DNA from: Selenomonadaceae bacterium
Lineage (GTDB): Bacteria; Bacillota; Negativicutes; Selenomonadales; Selenomonadaceae
Length of the DNA stretch: 64,000 nt
Assembly: GCA_022773425.1 (NCBI GenBank)
Contig: JALFBM010000031.1
Coordinates: forward strand, 13,905-77,904
Direction of reading: 5' to 3'
Shown: one piece after another, positions 9,308 to 17,219 of the stretch
Numbering within the stretch: position 1 is the stretch's first letter
How the letters are laid out: each line of letters opens with the position of its first letter
Made by a program: the position numbers and the translations under genes
The notes under the pieces: generated by a model
What the model was told of the DNA's origin: nothing
The model's input: the letters and a program-made list of their open reading frames with translations, nothing else
The model's database searches: none

Positions 9308-10507
9308 TCAATACTCGCCCGCGAGGGCGGCTTCGACGGAATCTTTCAGCGGCGCGAGAACGAAATCCATCTGACGGCGCTTTGTGTAGTACGCGCATTT
9401 CGGGGAATCCGTGATCCCGCGCTTGCCGTAGAGGAATTTCCAGCACGGCTGGTCCATGCAGGTATCGTCGATGATCCAGCCGCCGGCCTCGCGAATGATG
9501 GCCTCGTAACCCATCTTCTCCGCTAGATTCTTCGTCAGCGACGACGTCATGATGAACATCGGCACCGCGAGCTTCTTGCCTTTGACGATCTCCGCGATCG
9601 TCGTGACCTGGTCAATCGTAAAATGCGGGCAGCCGTATAGCGCGAAATCAATCTTTCCGCCCGGCGCCGTGAGCTCGCTGCGCATCGTCTCGAGGTCCGC
9701 CCGCGTGATCGTGACTTCCTTTTTCGGCTTCTTTCCCTGGAACGCCGCCTCGCGCGTCGGCGCTTCCGGCGTGAAGCCGACGATATGGTAAAGTGCGACG
9801 TTGCCGCCCGTATTGAGCTGCGCGCCGAGGTTCATCAGCGCTTCCTTCGACGGGTTTTCGAGCCCCTCGAAAACCGGTACGCCGAAGCCCGTCTTGCGCG
9901 GTGCAAAATAACCGAGCATCTGATAGTCGAAATCGTCCTGCATATCCGCCTCAACGTGGACGAGAACATCACCCGCCCGGTTCTCATCGAGCAGATAGCC
10001 GTAGTAAGGCGTCACACCGGTCACCGCGGAGCAAAGCGCGCTCTGCGCGGCCTCGCGATTCGTCCGCGCGCCGTAAACCGAATTGACAAACGGCGTCGCA
10101 CTGGACTCGGAGAACGAGAGGATCTCCCCGAAGCGCGGTACGTTGCGCTCGAGGTACGGCGTGCAATCATACGTCATGATGGCGCCGAGCTTGGTGTAGG
10201 CCGCGTGCGTGCGCTTGACGATGGAAAGATCCTCCGGTTCCACATGCGTGAAGGCTTCGCATTGCTTCCAATTAAAACTCGGGTTAACCGTCGGACGCAC
10301 GCGACAGTGCGCGCCGCCCTCTGCCAGACGTTCGGCAAACCACAGATCCGCCTCCTGATTGCTCAGCGCGACATGCGTGCGCGTAACCGGCACCATATAC
10401 GGCGCATCATAGGCTTCGCCGATCGCAACGAGTACCTTCATGGCGAGCTGCGTACCCGGCCCGTATTTGCCATCGAGCATGGCCTGTTCTTCTGCTTTTA
10501 GTTTCAT
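9308..10507 (-). CDS. Aconitase X large (catalytic, DUF521) subunit
   Basis: 399 aa from ATG 10507 (MKLKAEEQAMLDGKYGPGTQLAMKVLVAIGEAYDA), the typical DUF521 N-terminus. A GAGGAGG RBS is present. Confidence 0.8.
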   Translation of the reverse strand: MKLKAEEQAMLDGKYGPGTQLAMKVLVAIGEAYDAPYMVPVTRTHVALSNQEADLWFAERLAEGGAHCRVRPTVNPSFNWKQCEAFTHVEPEDLSIVKRTHAAYTKLGAIMTYDCTPYLERNVPRFGEILSFSESSATPFVNSVYGARTNREAAQSALCSAVTGVTPYYGYLLDENRAGDVLVHVEADMQDDFDYQMLGYFAPRKTGFGVPVFEGLENPSKEALMNLGAQLNTGGNVALYHIVGFTPEAPTREAAFQGKKPKKEVTITRADLETMRSELTAPGGKIDFALYGCPHFTIDQVTTIAEIVKGKKLAVPMFIMTSSLTKNLAEKMGYEAIIREAGGWIIDDTCMDQPCWKFLYGKRGITDSPKCAYYTKRRQMDFVLAPLKDSVEAALAGEY

Positions 10508-10600
10508 GTTGTCCTGCCTCCTCAACGATACGCCATCGCGGTATGTTTGATGGGCACATTCTCTCGTTTTTAGGATTGATGATATTATTCATCCGAAGGA

Positions 10601-10646
10601 AAACAAAAAGGTGTTCAAGACAGTTTTCTCTGTCTCGAACACCTTT
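10601..10646 (-). terminator. Rho-independent terminator after rpiR-like gene
   Basis: About 16-bp imperfect stem (aaaggtgttcaagacag / ctgtctcgaacaccttt), followed on the minus strand by TTTTTGTTTT. Confidence 0.65.
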
Positions 10647-10713
10647 GTTCTCTATCTACGTTTAGAATACCACGAGGCTTACAGTATGTCAATATGATTC
10701 CCTTTTGTATACA

Positions 10714-11583
10714 TTATTTTGTAAAGTACACCATATTCCGCTTCTCGATGTCCTCGATGGCGTCGATGCGACTCTTGAGTTGCGGCATCTGTGCGGCGGC
10801 ATCCTGCAGCATCAGGTTCAGAAACGTCAGCGGCGTCCCATATACGTCAAACAGAGCCCCCGTCGTAATCGGCACGCAAACCGCATGGTCGACGACCGGC
10901 ACGAGCGGCGAAAAGGTACTGTCCGTCAACCCGGTGATCGGAATGCCCTTCTCCTTGATGATCCGGCATTTCTCAATCAGCGTGCGGGAGTACCGCGGGA
11001 ACGCCACCGCGAGGATGTTTACATCCTCCGGGGAAAGCAGCTCGAGCGTCTCAAAATCCCGCGTCGCCGGCAGGACGGTCGAGACGTTCTCCCGCATTTT
11101 CCCGAGAATATACGCCGCGTATGGCAGCAGCGTCGCCGACATCCGCGCAGAAATCAGAATCAGCCGCTTCGGCGAGAGCACCATCGAAAGCATGGCCTGA
11201 TAGGCCGGCCCGAGGAAGGCTTTCTCCAGGCCATCGAGGTTGCGGATCTCACTGTCGAGTATGGGGCGCCTTGCGCTGCCCTTGTGGTGATGCCCCTTCG
11301 GGCTGCTGTAATGAAGGCGTTCCGGCGCCGTGAGCTTCTTGAGCATCACCTGCTGCAGATTGCGCAGGAATTCGTTGTAGCCATGATAGCCGAGCATCAT
11401 GAAGAACCGCGATACGCTCCCCTGCGAGACACCCATATCGTCCGCGAGCTCGCTCGCCGTCATGAAGATGATCTGCAGATAATTCTTCTCGATGTACAAC
11501 GCGATTTTTTGATTGGTCGGCGACTGCTTGGCCGCATTGGCAAGCAGCAGCGAAAGCTGTTCCGGCGTCTCAAAGGCTGGCAT
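10714..11583 (-). CDS. MurR/RpiR-family transcriptional regulator (HTH + SIS)
   Basis: HTH region MTASELADDMGVSQGSVSRFFMMLGYHGYNEF plus a C-terminal SIS domain. Start set to ATG 11583 (MPAFETPEQ, AAGGAG RBS) because a near-consensus promoter overlaps the ORF-track start. Confidence 0.8.
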   Translation of the reverse strand: MPAFETPEQLSLLLANAAKQSPTNQKIALYIEKNYLQIIFMTASELADDMGVSQGSVSRFFMMLGYHGYNEFLRNLQQVMLKKLTAPERLHYSSPKGHHHKGSARRPILDSEIRNLDGLEKAFLGPAYQAMLSMVLSPKRLILISARMSATLLPYAAYILGKMRENVSTVLPATRDFETLELLSPEDVNILAVAFPRYSRTLIEKCRIIKEKGIPITGLTDSTFSPLVPVVDHAVCVPITTGALFDVYGTPLTFLNLMLQDAAAQMPQLKSRIDAIEDIEKRNMVYFTK

Positions 11584-11617
11584 ATGGCGTTTCTCCTTTT
11601 CTAACCGATTCCATTTC

Positions 11618-11647
11618 ATTATAGTCAGCCTCTTTCTTCTTTGTCAA
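11618..11647 (-). promoter_or_regulatory. Sigma-70/SigA-type promoter for rpiR-like gene
   Basis: On the minus strand: TTGACA (11647..11642), 18-nt spacer, TATAAT (11623..11618). Confidence 0.6.
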
Positions 11648-11684
11648 GAAAGCCCCGCTTTCCTCAGACAGCCATTCCACCGCT

Positions 11685-12932
11685 TTATGTTGCGGAGGAG
11701 AGGAGTTCCAGGCGCGGATTTTTCTTCACCTCGGGAAGCAATGCGCCGCTGACCTCGATTTCCTGCAGCGACAGCGTATTCTTGATGCGAACGATTTTTG
11801 CCTGTTCCGGGCGCACGCCGCGACAGAGCTTCAGAGCAATACGGACTGCCTCATCTTCGTCCCTTGCCTGCAGCGGAATCCTGGCATCCTCGACACAGCG
11901 GCAGGCAATCGCGTTCGCGTACATCGCCTCAAAATCGATGTTGGGCAGAATGTTCTTCGTGATGACGTCGAAGAGACCGATGCCGATGGCATTGCCATGC
12001 GAAGCCTCCGTAACATCGAGAAGGACCATGCGCGAAATGGCTGGAATCGGCACGAGAAAGTCATCCCGCGCCGTGCTGCGCCCGACGATGTTCGGGTCAA
12101 AGCCGGCGCCGGAAACATCCTTGCCGATTTCCTTCATCACGAGCACGTCAATGGACGGGAGCAGCAGCCCCGGGAAATAGCCGATGGATTTCTGGACGAG
12201 AGCCTTCTCCTCCTCGATCAGCGTTTCCCGCGGCAAAGCGTGAATCTCCGCCGTCTCGTCGAGGGCATTCTCAAGGATAGCGAGGCCGAAGCCGACCGGC
12301 GCCTTCTGCAGAATCATCCGCGCAGCTTCTTCTAGAACCGATGCAAACCGGCTGCTCGGCGTCCCGTGAATTTCCGTGCACCCGCGCTGATTGCCGAGCC
12401 CGATGACGAGCATCTTCGCAATGCCGCTCTGCAGCGGCCCGATGAAGTCCGTATGCAGTTTGATGCGATTGATCGGGACGATGAGGTCCGCGTTGTATGC
12501 CGTGCGGTCAAAATACACATGCGTGCCGTCTGCCAGCCGGCCGAGCTCGACCGTATCGACGTCCGTGATGACCGGTACGCCCATGTTCTCTTCGGTGATG
12601 CCGTAGGCGGCGAGCACCTCGCGCTGCCCTTCCTCCGTTCCGCCGCCATGGCTCCCCATGGCCGAGACGATGAAGGGCTTTACCCCCGCCGCCTGGAGTT
12701 CCCGCAGCACGCATTGCACCATGCAATCTAGATTCGCGATGCCGCGGCTGCCAACCGCGACGGCGACGCGGGCCCCCGGATGCAGCTTTTCCCGAATCGC
12801 AGCGCGCATACATTCCGCGTGAATGCGCGCGGGAATCGCCGCGCGCGGCAAGGTCACCGTATCGAAATGCTGGCGCACACGGTACAAACGGGGCAGGGGA
12901 TAGTCGTACTCCTGTGGCAATAGCAGCGGCAT
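11685..12932 (-). CDS. LarA-like (DUF2088, lactate-racemase N-domain family) protein
   Basis: 415 aa. VAVAVGSRGI / AMGSHGGGTEEGQ / INRIKLHTDFIGPLQSGIAKM line up by eye with the LarA topology. Assignment is from memory only. Confidence 0.5.
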   Translation of the reverse strand: MPLLLPQEYDYPLPRLYRVRQHFDTVTLPRAAIPARIHAECMRAAIREKLHPGARVAVAVGSRGIANLDCMVQCVLRELQAAGVKPFIVSAMGSHGGGTEEGQREVLAAYGITEENMGVPVITDVDTVELGRLADGTHVYFDRTAYNADLIVPINRIKLHTDFIGPLQSGIAKMLVIGLGNQRGCTEIHGTPSSRFASVLEEAARMILQKAPVGFGLAILENALDETAEIHALPRETLIEEEKALVQKSIGYFPGLLLPSIDVLVMKEIGKDVSGAGFDPNIVGRSTARDDFLVPIPAISRMVLLDVTEASHGNAIGIGLFDVITKNILPNIDFEAMYANAIACRCVEDARIPLQARDEDEAVRIALKLCRGVRPEQAKIVRIKNTLSLQEIEVSGALLPEVKKNPRLELLSSAT

Positions 12933-12955
12933 ACGAATTCCTCCTCGTTTTTCTC

Positions 12956-13765
12956 TCAGTTCTCCTCAAGCATCCTCTGCAGCTTCATGCGCAGGGCGAC
13001 GAAATCCTCCGTCTCCTTTAGGGACTGCTTGCGGTCGTACGGCAGATATACCGGAATGACCTCTCGGATACGGCCCGGACGCGCGCTCATGACGTAGATT
13101 TTCGAAGCGAGAAACACTGCCTCCTCGATATCATGCGTGACAAACGCGATGGTCGGCCGTTCTTTCTGCCAGATGCTGCGGATCAACTGCTGCATCTCCG
13201 ATTTGGTGATCGGGTCGAGCGCGCCGAACGGCTCGTCCATCAGCAGCAGTTCCGGATTGGTGGCGAGCGCGCGCGCGATCGCCACGCGCTGCTTCATACC
13301 GCCGGAAAGTTCCTTTGGATAAGCGTCACGGAAGCCCTTGAGCCGCATGAGCCCGAGATATTTGTCGATGATTTGCTCCTGCTCTTCCTTTGGCGTTCCC
13401 TTTTCCTTCAGGCCGTAAGCGATGTTTTCCGCGACGGTCATCCACGGGAACAGCGTATACGTCTGAAAGACCATGCCGCGGTCGGGGCCAGGCCCTTTGA
13501 CCGGGCGGTCCTTGATGACGATCTTCCCCTCGGTCGGAAAATCCAGCCCCGCGAGCATGCGCAGAAGTGTCGATTTGCCGCAGCCGGAGGTACCGACAAT
13601 GCAGACGAATTCATTCTCGAGCACTTCGACATTCACATCTTCGAGGGCCAGCGTCGTCTTAGCCTTGCTTTCATACCGCTTGACGATATGACTCGCACTG
13701 ATGATGGTGGAAGCGACCTTTGCCTCAATCGGCGTCGCCAGATTCGTCTCAGACAAGGACATCAT
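12956..13765 (-). CDS. ABC transporter ATP-binding protein, NitT/TauT family, copy 1 (no adjacent permease)
   Basis: Walker A GTSGCGKST, signature LSGGMKQR, Walker B LLLMDEPFGALD, H-loop THD. Start at ATG 13765 (MMSLSE) lies 17 nt inside the upstream PII gene. Confidence 0.85.
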   Translation of the reverse strand: MMSLSETNLATPIEAKVASTIISASHIVKRYESKAKTTLALEDVNVEVLENEFVCIVGTSGCGKSTLLRMLAGLDFPTEGKIVIKDRPVKGPGPDRGMVFQTYTLFPWMTVAENIAYGLKEKGTPKEEQEQIIDKYLGLMRLKGFRDAYPKELSGGMKQRVAIARALATNPELLLMDEPFGALDPITKSEMQQLIRSIWQKERPTIAFVTHDIEEAVFLASKIYVMSARPGRIREVIPVYLPYDRKQSLKETEDFVALRMKLQRMLEEN

Positions 13766-14096
13766 CCCCCTGCTGCCCGGTCCGGATGCGCAGCGCGCTC
13801 TCGGCCGGCAGTACAAAAATCTTGCCATCGCCCGGATGTCCCGTGGAGTTTTCCTTCATCAGGATATGGACGATCTTATCGACATCCGCATCGCGCGCAA
13901 AGATATCCAGATAGCGCTTTGCAATGAACCGGATCCCTACCGTTTCCTTTTCCTCGCTGTCGGTATGGAATACCACGCGCTGCCTGCCGCGGCCGATGAC
14001 CTCTTTCGTCGTCATCGCGTTGAAGCCGTTCTGGATCAGGATTCGCTTTGTCGCAAAATAGCGGTTGGGACGAATAATCGCTACGATTTCTCTCAT
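13749..14096 (-). CDS. PII-family signal protein, NifI2-like (extended T-loop)
   Basis: 115 aa with MREIVAIIRPN, GRGRQ and GDGKIFV. The T-loop carries an insertion (VVFHTDSEEKETVGIRFIAKRY). Confidence 0.7.
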   Translation of the reverse strand: MREIVAIIRPNRYFATKRILIQNGFNAMTTKEVIGRGRQRVVFHTDSEEKETVGIRFIAKRYLDIFARDADVDKIVHILMKENSTGHPGDGKIFVLPAESALRIRTGQQGDDVLV

Positions 14097-14423
14097 TCAG
14101 AGTTCCTCCTTCCCGGTCGAAACGGTATAGGCGGTCAGCACATCCTGCACAAAAATCTTGCCGTCGCCGAATGCACCCGTTTCCTCCGTGCGCGCCTCCT
14201 TTTCGATCGTCTTCACGACATCCTCCGCGTCTGCATCCTCAACGACCATGACGAGCATCTCTTTCGGGATTTCGTCGTAGTAGACGTCTCCGACCTTCAG
14301 TCCGCGCTGTTTGCCGCGGCCAAGCGCGCTGATGCGCGTGACGGAATTATGCCCTTTTTTCTCAAGCGCCGTAAGAACCGGCAATACCTTTTCCGGGCGT
14401 ATGATGGCTTTGATCATCTTCAT
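14097..14423 (-). CDS. PII-family signal protein, NifI1-like
   Basis: 108 aa with MKMIKAIIRPEK, GRGKQRGLKVGDVYYDEIPK and FGDGKIFV. 0-nt gap to the next PII gene. Confidence 0.7.
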   Translation of the reverse strand: MKMIKAIIRPEKVLPVLTALEKKGHNSVTRISALGRGKQRGLKVGDVYYDEIPKEMLVMVVEDADAEDVVKTIEKEARTEETGAFGDGKIFVQDVLTAYTVSTGKEEL

Positions 14424-14468
14424 GGGAATCTCTCCTTACTTTGTGCGCTGCAGCAGTATCCATGCCGT

Positions 14469-15641
14469 CTATCCAAGTTTCAGCATCTTATGATAGATTT
14501 CAACTAGATCCGCTTTGGATACCGGCTGACGAGGGCAGCCCTCGATATCGATCTCGAGCAGGGCCTCTCCGGCCATCTGATCGATAAACGCCTCATCGAC
14601 CGGGCCAATATCCAGCTTCTCATCGACGCCGATGGCCTGAAACAGCGCGTGCAGCTTGTCGATCAGGAAGTCTGCGGCTTTCTCCTCCGCCACAGAGGCG
14701 GCTGCCGGGTCGATGTAGTCGATGATTTCCTTGTATTTCTTCGCCGAAACCTTTGCCGTGTACTCAATGGTCGGGATCTGCGCGACGCCGACGCCGAGGC
14801 CGTGCGGAACCTTCTTGCGCGCAGAGAGCGGACAGGACACCGCATGCGGGATGATGCAGCCGTTCTTCGACTGCGCAATGCCCGCGTACATCGAGGCAAG
14901 GGCCATGTAGTTGCGGGCCTCTTTGTCACCGGCGACCGATGCCGGCAGATACTCGAGCGTCAGCTTGATGGCCTCTTTCGAGAACAGATCCGCCATCGTA
15001 TTCTCGAGCGTCGAGACATAGGCCTCGAGCGCATGGCCGAATACATCGAGGCCCGTGTTCGCGCAGACGGATTTCGGCATGCCGTAGGTCATCTCCGGAT
15101 CGACATAGGCATATTTCGGGAGCAGGATACCGTCGTAGAACACGTCCTTGATCTGTTTTGTGTCGATGAGCACGATGCACTCCGAGACCTCCGAGCCGGT
15201 GCCCGCCGTTGTCGGCACGGCGATCAGCGGCAGCAGCGGATTCTCGACCTTACGCGCCTTATCCCCGCGCAGGTACATGTAGTCCTCGATGCTGCCCTCA
15301 TTCGTCGCGATCACCGCGGCGCCTTTGCCGACATCCATCGAGGAACCGCCGCCGATGGCGATGATGATATCGCAGCCCTCCGCACGGATTTCCTTTGCGC
15401 AGGCGTCGACGGACAGGACGCTCGGGTTCGGTGTGAATTCGCTGAACAGCAGATACGGGACATGGCCCGCATCGAGGACATCCGTGACCGGCTTCATCAT
15501 ACCGAGCTTGCGGAGGTCTTTATCGATGACGATCATCGCCTTGCTCGCATGCTCTGCCCGGACGGCGTTCAGAATTTCCTTGACCTTGCCGGCGCCGAAT
15601 TCGATATCCACAAAATGTTTATAAGAAAATGGTGCAATCAT
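14469..15641 (-). CDS. Iron-containing alcohol dehydrogenase
   Basis: Fe-ADH motifs AIGGGSSMDVGK, AVPTTAGTGSE and GLDVFGHALEAY. Start at ATG 15641 after GAGAGGAG. Confidence 0.85.
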   Translation of the reverse strand: MIAPFSYKHFVDIEFGAGKVKEILNAVRAEHASKAMIVIDKDLRKLGMMKPVTDVLDAGHVPYLLFSEFTPNPSVLSVDACAKEIRAEGCDIIIAIGGGSSMDVGKGAAVIATNEGSIEDYMYLRGDKARKVENPLLPLIAVPTTAGTGSEVSECIVLIDTKQIKDVFYDGILLPKYAYVDPEMTYGMPKSVCANTGLDVFGHALEAYVSTLENTMADLFSKEAIKLTLEYLPASVAGDKEARNYMALASMYAGIAQSKNGCIIPHAVSCPLSARKKVPHGLGVGVAQIPTIEYTAKVSAKKYKEIIDYIDPAAASVAEEKAADFLIDKLHALFQAIGVDEKLDIGPVDEAFIDQMAGEALLEIDIEGCPRQPVSKADLVEIYHKMLKLG

Positions 15642-15690
15642 GGCAGTTTCTCCTCTCACGAACCAATTCCGCGTAACCGCGTCCCGCTAT

Positions 15691-17178
15691 TCAGTCTACC
15701 GGACCAAACCATCCGGTCGGTTCCGGCTTCAACAGAACATTGACCTGCTTGATTTCCGTGAATTCATCGAATCCATAAGTGCCGAGCTCGCGGCCGATAC
15801 CGCTCTGCTTGTAGCCGCCCCACGGCGCTTCATTGTAGACCGGGCCGAATTCGTTGACCCATGTGATGCCCGCACGGATCTTCTTGACGACGCGCAGCGC
15901 TTTTCCGATATCCTTCGAGAACACGCCCGCGGCGAGGCCATACGTCGTGCCGTTAGCCAGCTCGATGGCTTCCTGCTCCGTGTGGAATTTCTGCAGGCAG
16001 AGCACGGGGCCGAAAATCTCCTCCTGCACGATGGTCATATCCGGTGTGCAGTCGCCGAAAATCGTCGGCTGGACGAAATAACCTTTGGCCAGCTCTCCCT
16101 CTGTCGCACGGCCGCCGCCGACAAGGACTTTCGCACCTTCCGCCTTGCCCTTCTCGATATAGGCGAGGACCTTCTCCATATGCTCTTTCGTGACGAGCGG
16201 CCCCATCGTGACGCCCTCCTCAAGGCCGTTGCCGAGTTTGATCTGTTTCGTGACTTTGACGAGCGCCTTGACGAATTTGTCGTAGATCGTGTCCTGGATG
16301 AGGATGCGCGAGCTCGCGGAGCAGACCTCGCCCTGGTTGTAGAACATGCCGAAGGCCGCATAATCCACCGCATTCTCGAAATCGGCGTCATCGAAGACAA
16401 CAATCGGGGATTTGCCGCCGAGCTCGAGGCAAATGCCCTTGATGTTCGTCGCCGCTGCGCGCATGACGCTCTGGCCGGCTTCGATGCTGCCCGTGAACGC
16501 GATCTTATCGACGTCTGTGTTTTTCGCGAGCTCATCGCCGACATCGCTGCCGCCACCGAGTACAAGGTTCACGACGCCCTTCGGGAAACCGACATGCTCC
16601 ATGATCTCGAAGAGTTTGATGGCGGAGAGCGGCGTCGCGCTCGCCGGTTTCAGAATAATCGTATTGCCGGCGGCCAGTGCCGGAGCGAGCTTCCACATCG
16701 CCAGTGAAATGGGGAAGTTCCACGCCACAATCATGCCGACCACGCCGATCGGCTCGCGGATCGTCATGGCGTGCACATCGGGAGACGGGACGCTATAGGT
16801 CTGCCCGCTCGGCTTCGTGCAGATACCGGCGTAATAGCGCAAACAGGCGGCACTGTCATAGACATCGTAGCTCGCTTCCGTCAACGTCTTGCCGTTGTTC
16901 ATCGTCTCAATGCGGGCGATCTCATCGACGCGCGCTTCCATCTCATCCGCGAACTTGATCAGTAGCGCGGCGCGGTCGGTCGCCGCCCCGTCGCTCCAGC
17001 TGCCTTCGTCAAAGGCCTTGCGGGCCGCCTGGATGGCGCGGCGCGCATCTTCGCGGTCACCGCGCGTCACGCGGGCAAAGACCTCGCCGGTCGCCGGATT
17101 GATGACATCCTTTGTCTTGCCAGATGCCGCGTAGACCCATTCCCCATTGATGAACATTTTCTGCGTTTCGATTTCCAT
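15691..17178 (-). CDS. NAD(P)-dependent aldehyde dehydrogenase
   Basis: 495 aa with FTGSIEAGQSV, LELGGKSP, catalytic Cys in GEVCSASSR, and EEIFGPV. Confidence 0.9.
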   Translation of the reverse strand: MEIETQKMFINGEWVYAASGKTKDVINPATGEVFARVTRGDREDARRAIQAARKAFDEGSWSDGAATDRAALLIKFADEMEARVDEIARIETMNNGKTLTEASYDVYDSAACLRYYAGICTKPSGQTYSVPSPDVHAMTIREPIGVVGMIVAWNFPISLAMWKLAPALAAGNTIILKPASATPLSAIKLFEIMEHVGFPKGVVNLVLGGGSDVGDELAKNTDVDKIAFTGSIEAGQSVMRAAATNIKGICLELGGKSPIVVFDDADFENAVDYAAFGMFYNQGEVCSASSRILIQDTIYDKFVKALVKVTKQIKLGNGLEEGVTMGPLVTKEHMEKVLAYIEKGKAEGAKVLVGGGRATEGELAKGYFVQPTIFGDCTPDMTIVQEEIFGPVLCLQKFHTEQEAIELANGTTYGLAAGVFSKDIGKALRVVKKIRAGITWVNEFGPVYNEAPWGGYKQSGIGRELGTYGFDEFTEIKQVNVLLKPEPTGWFGPVD

Positions 17179-17219
17179 GGAATTCAGCCTCCTTCAACCA
17201 GAATTCGAATCATCCCGCA

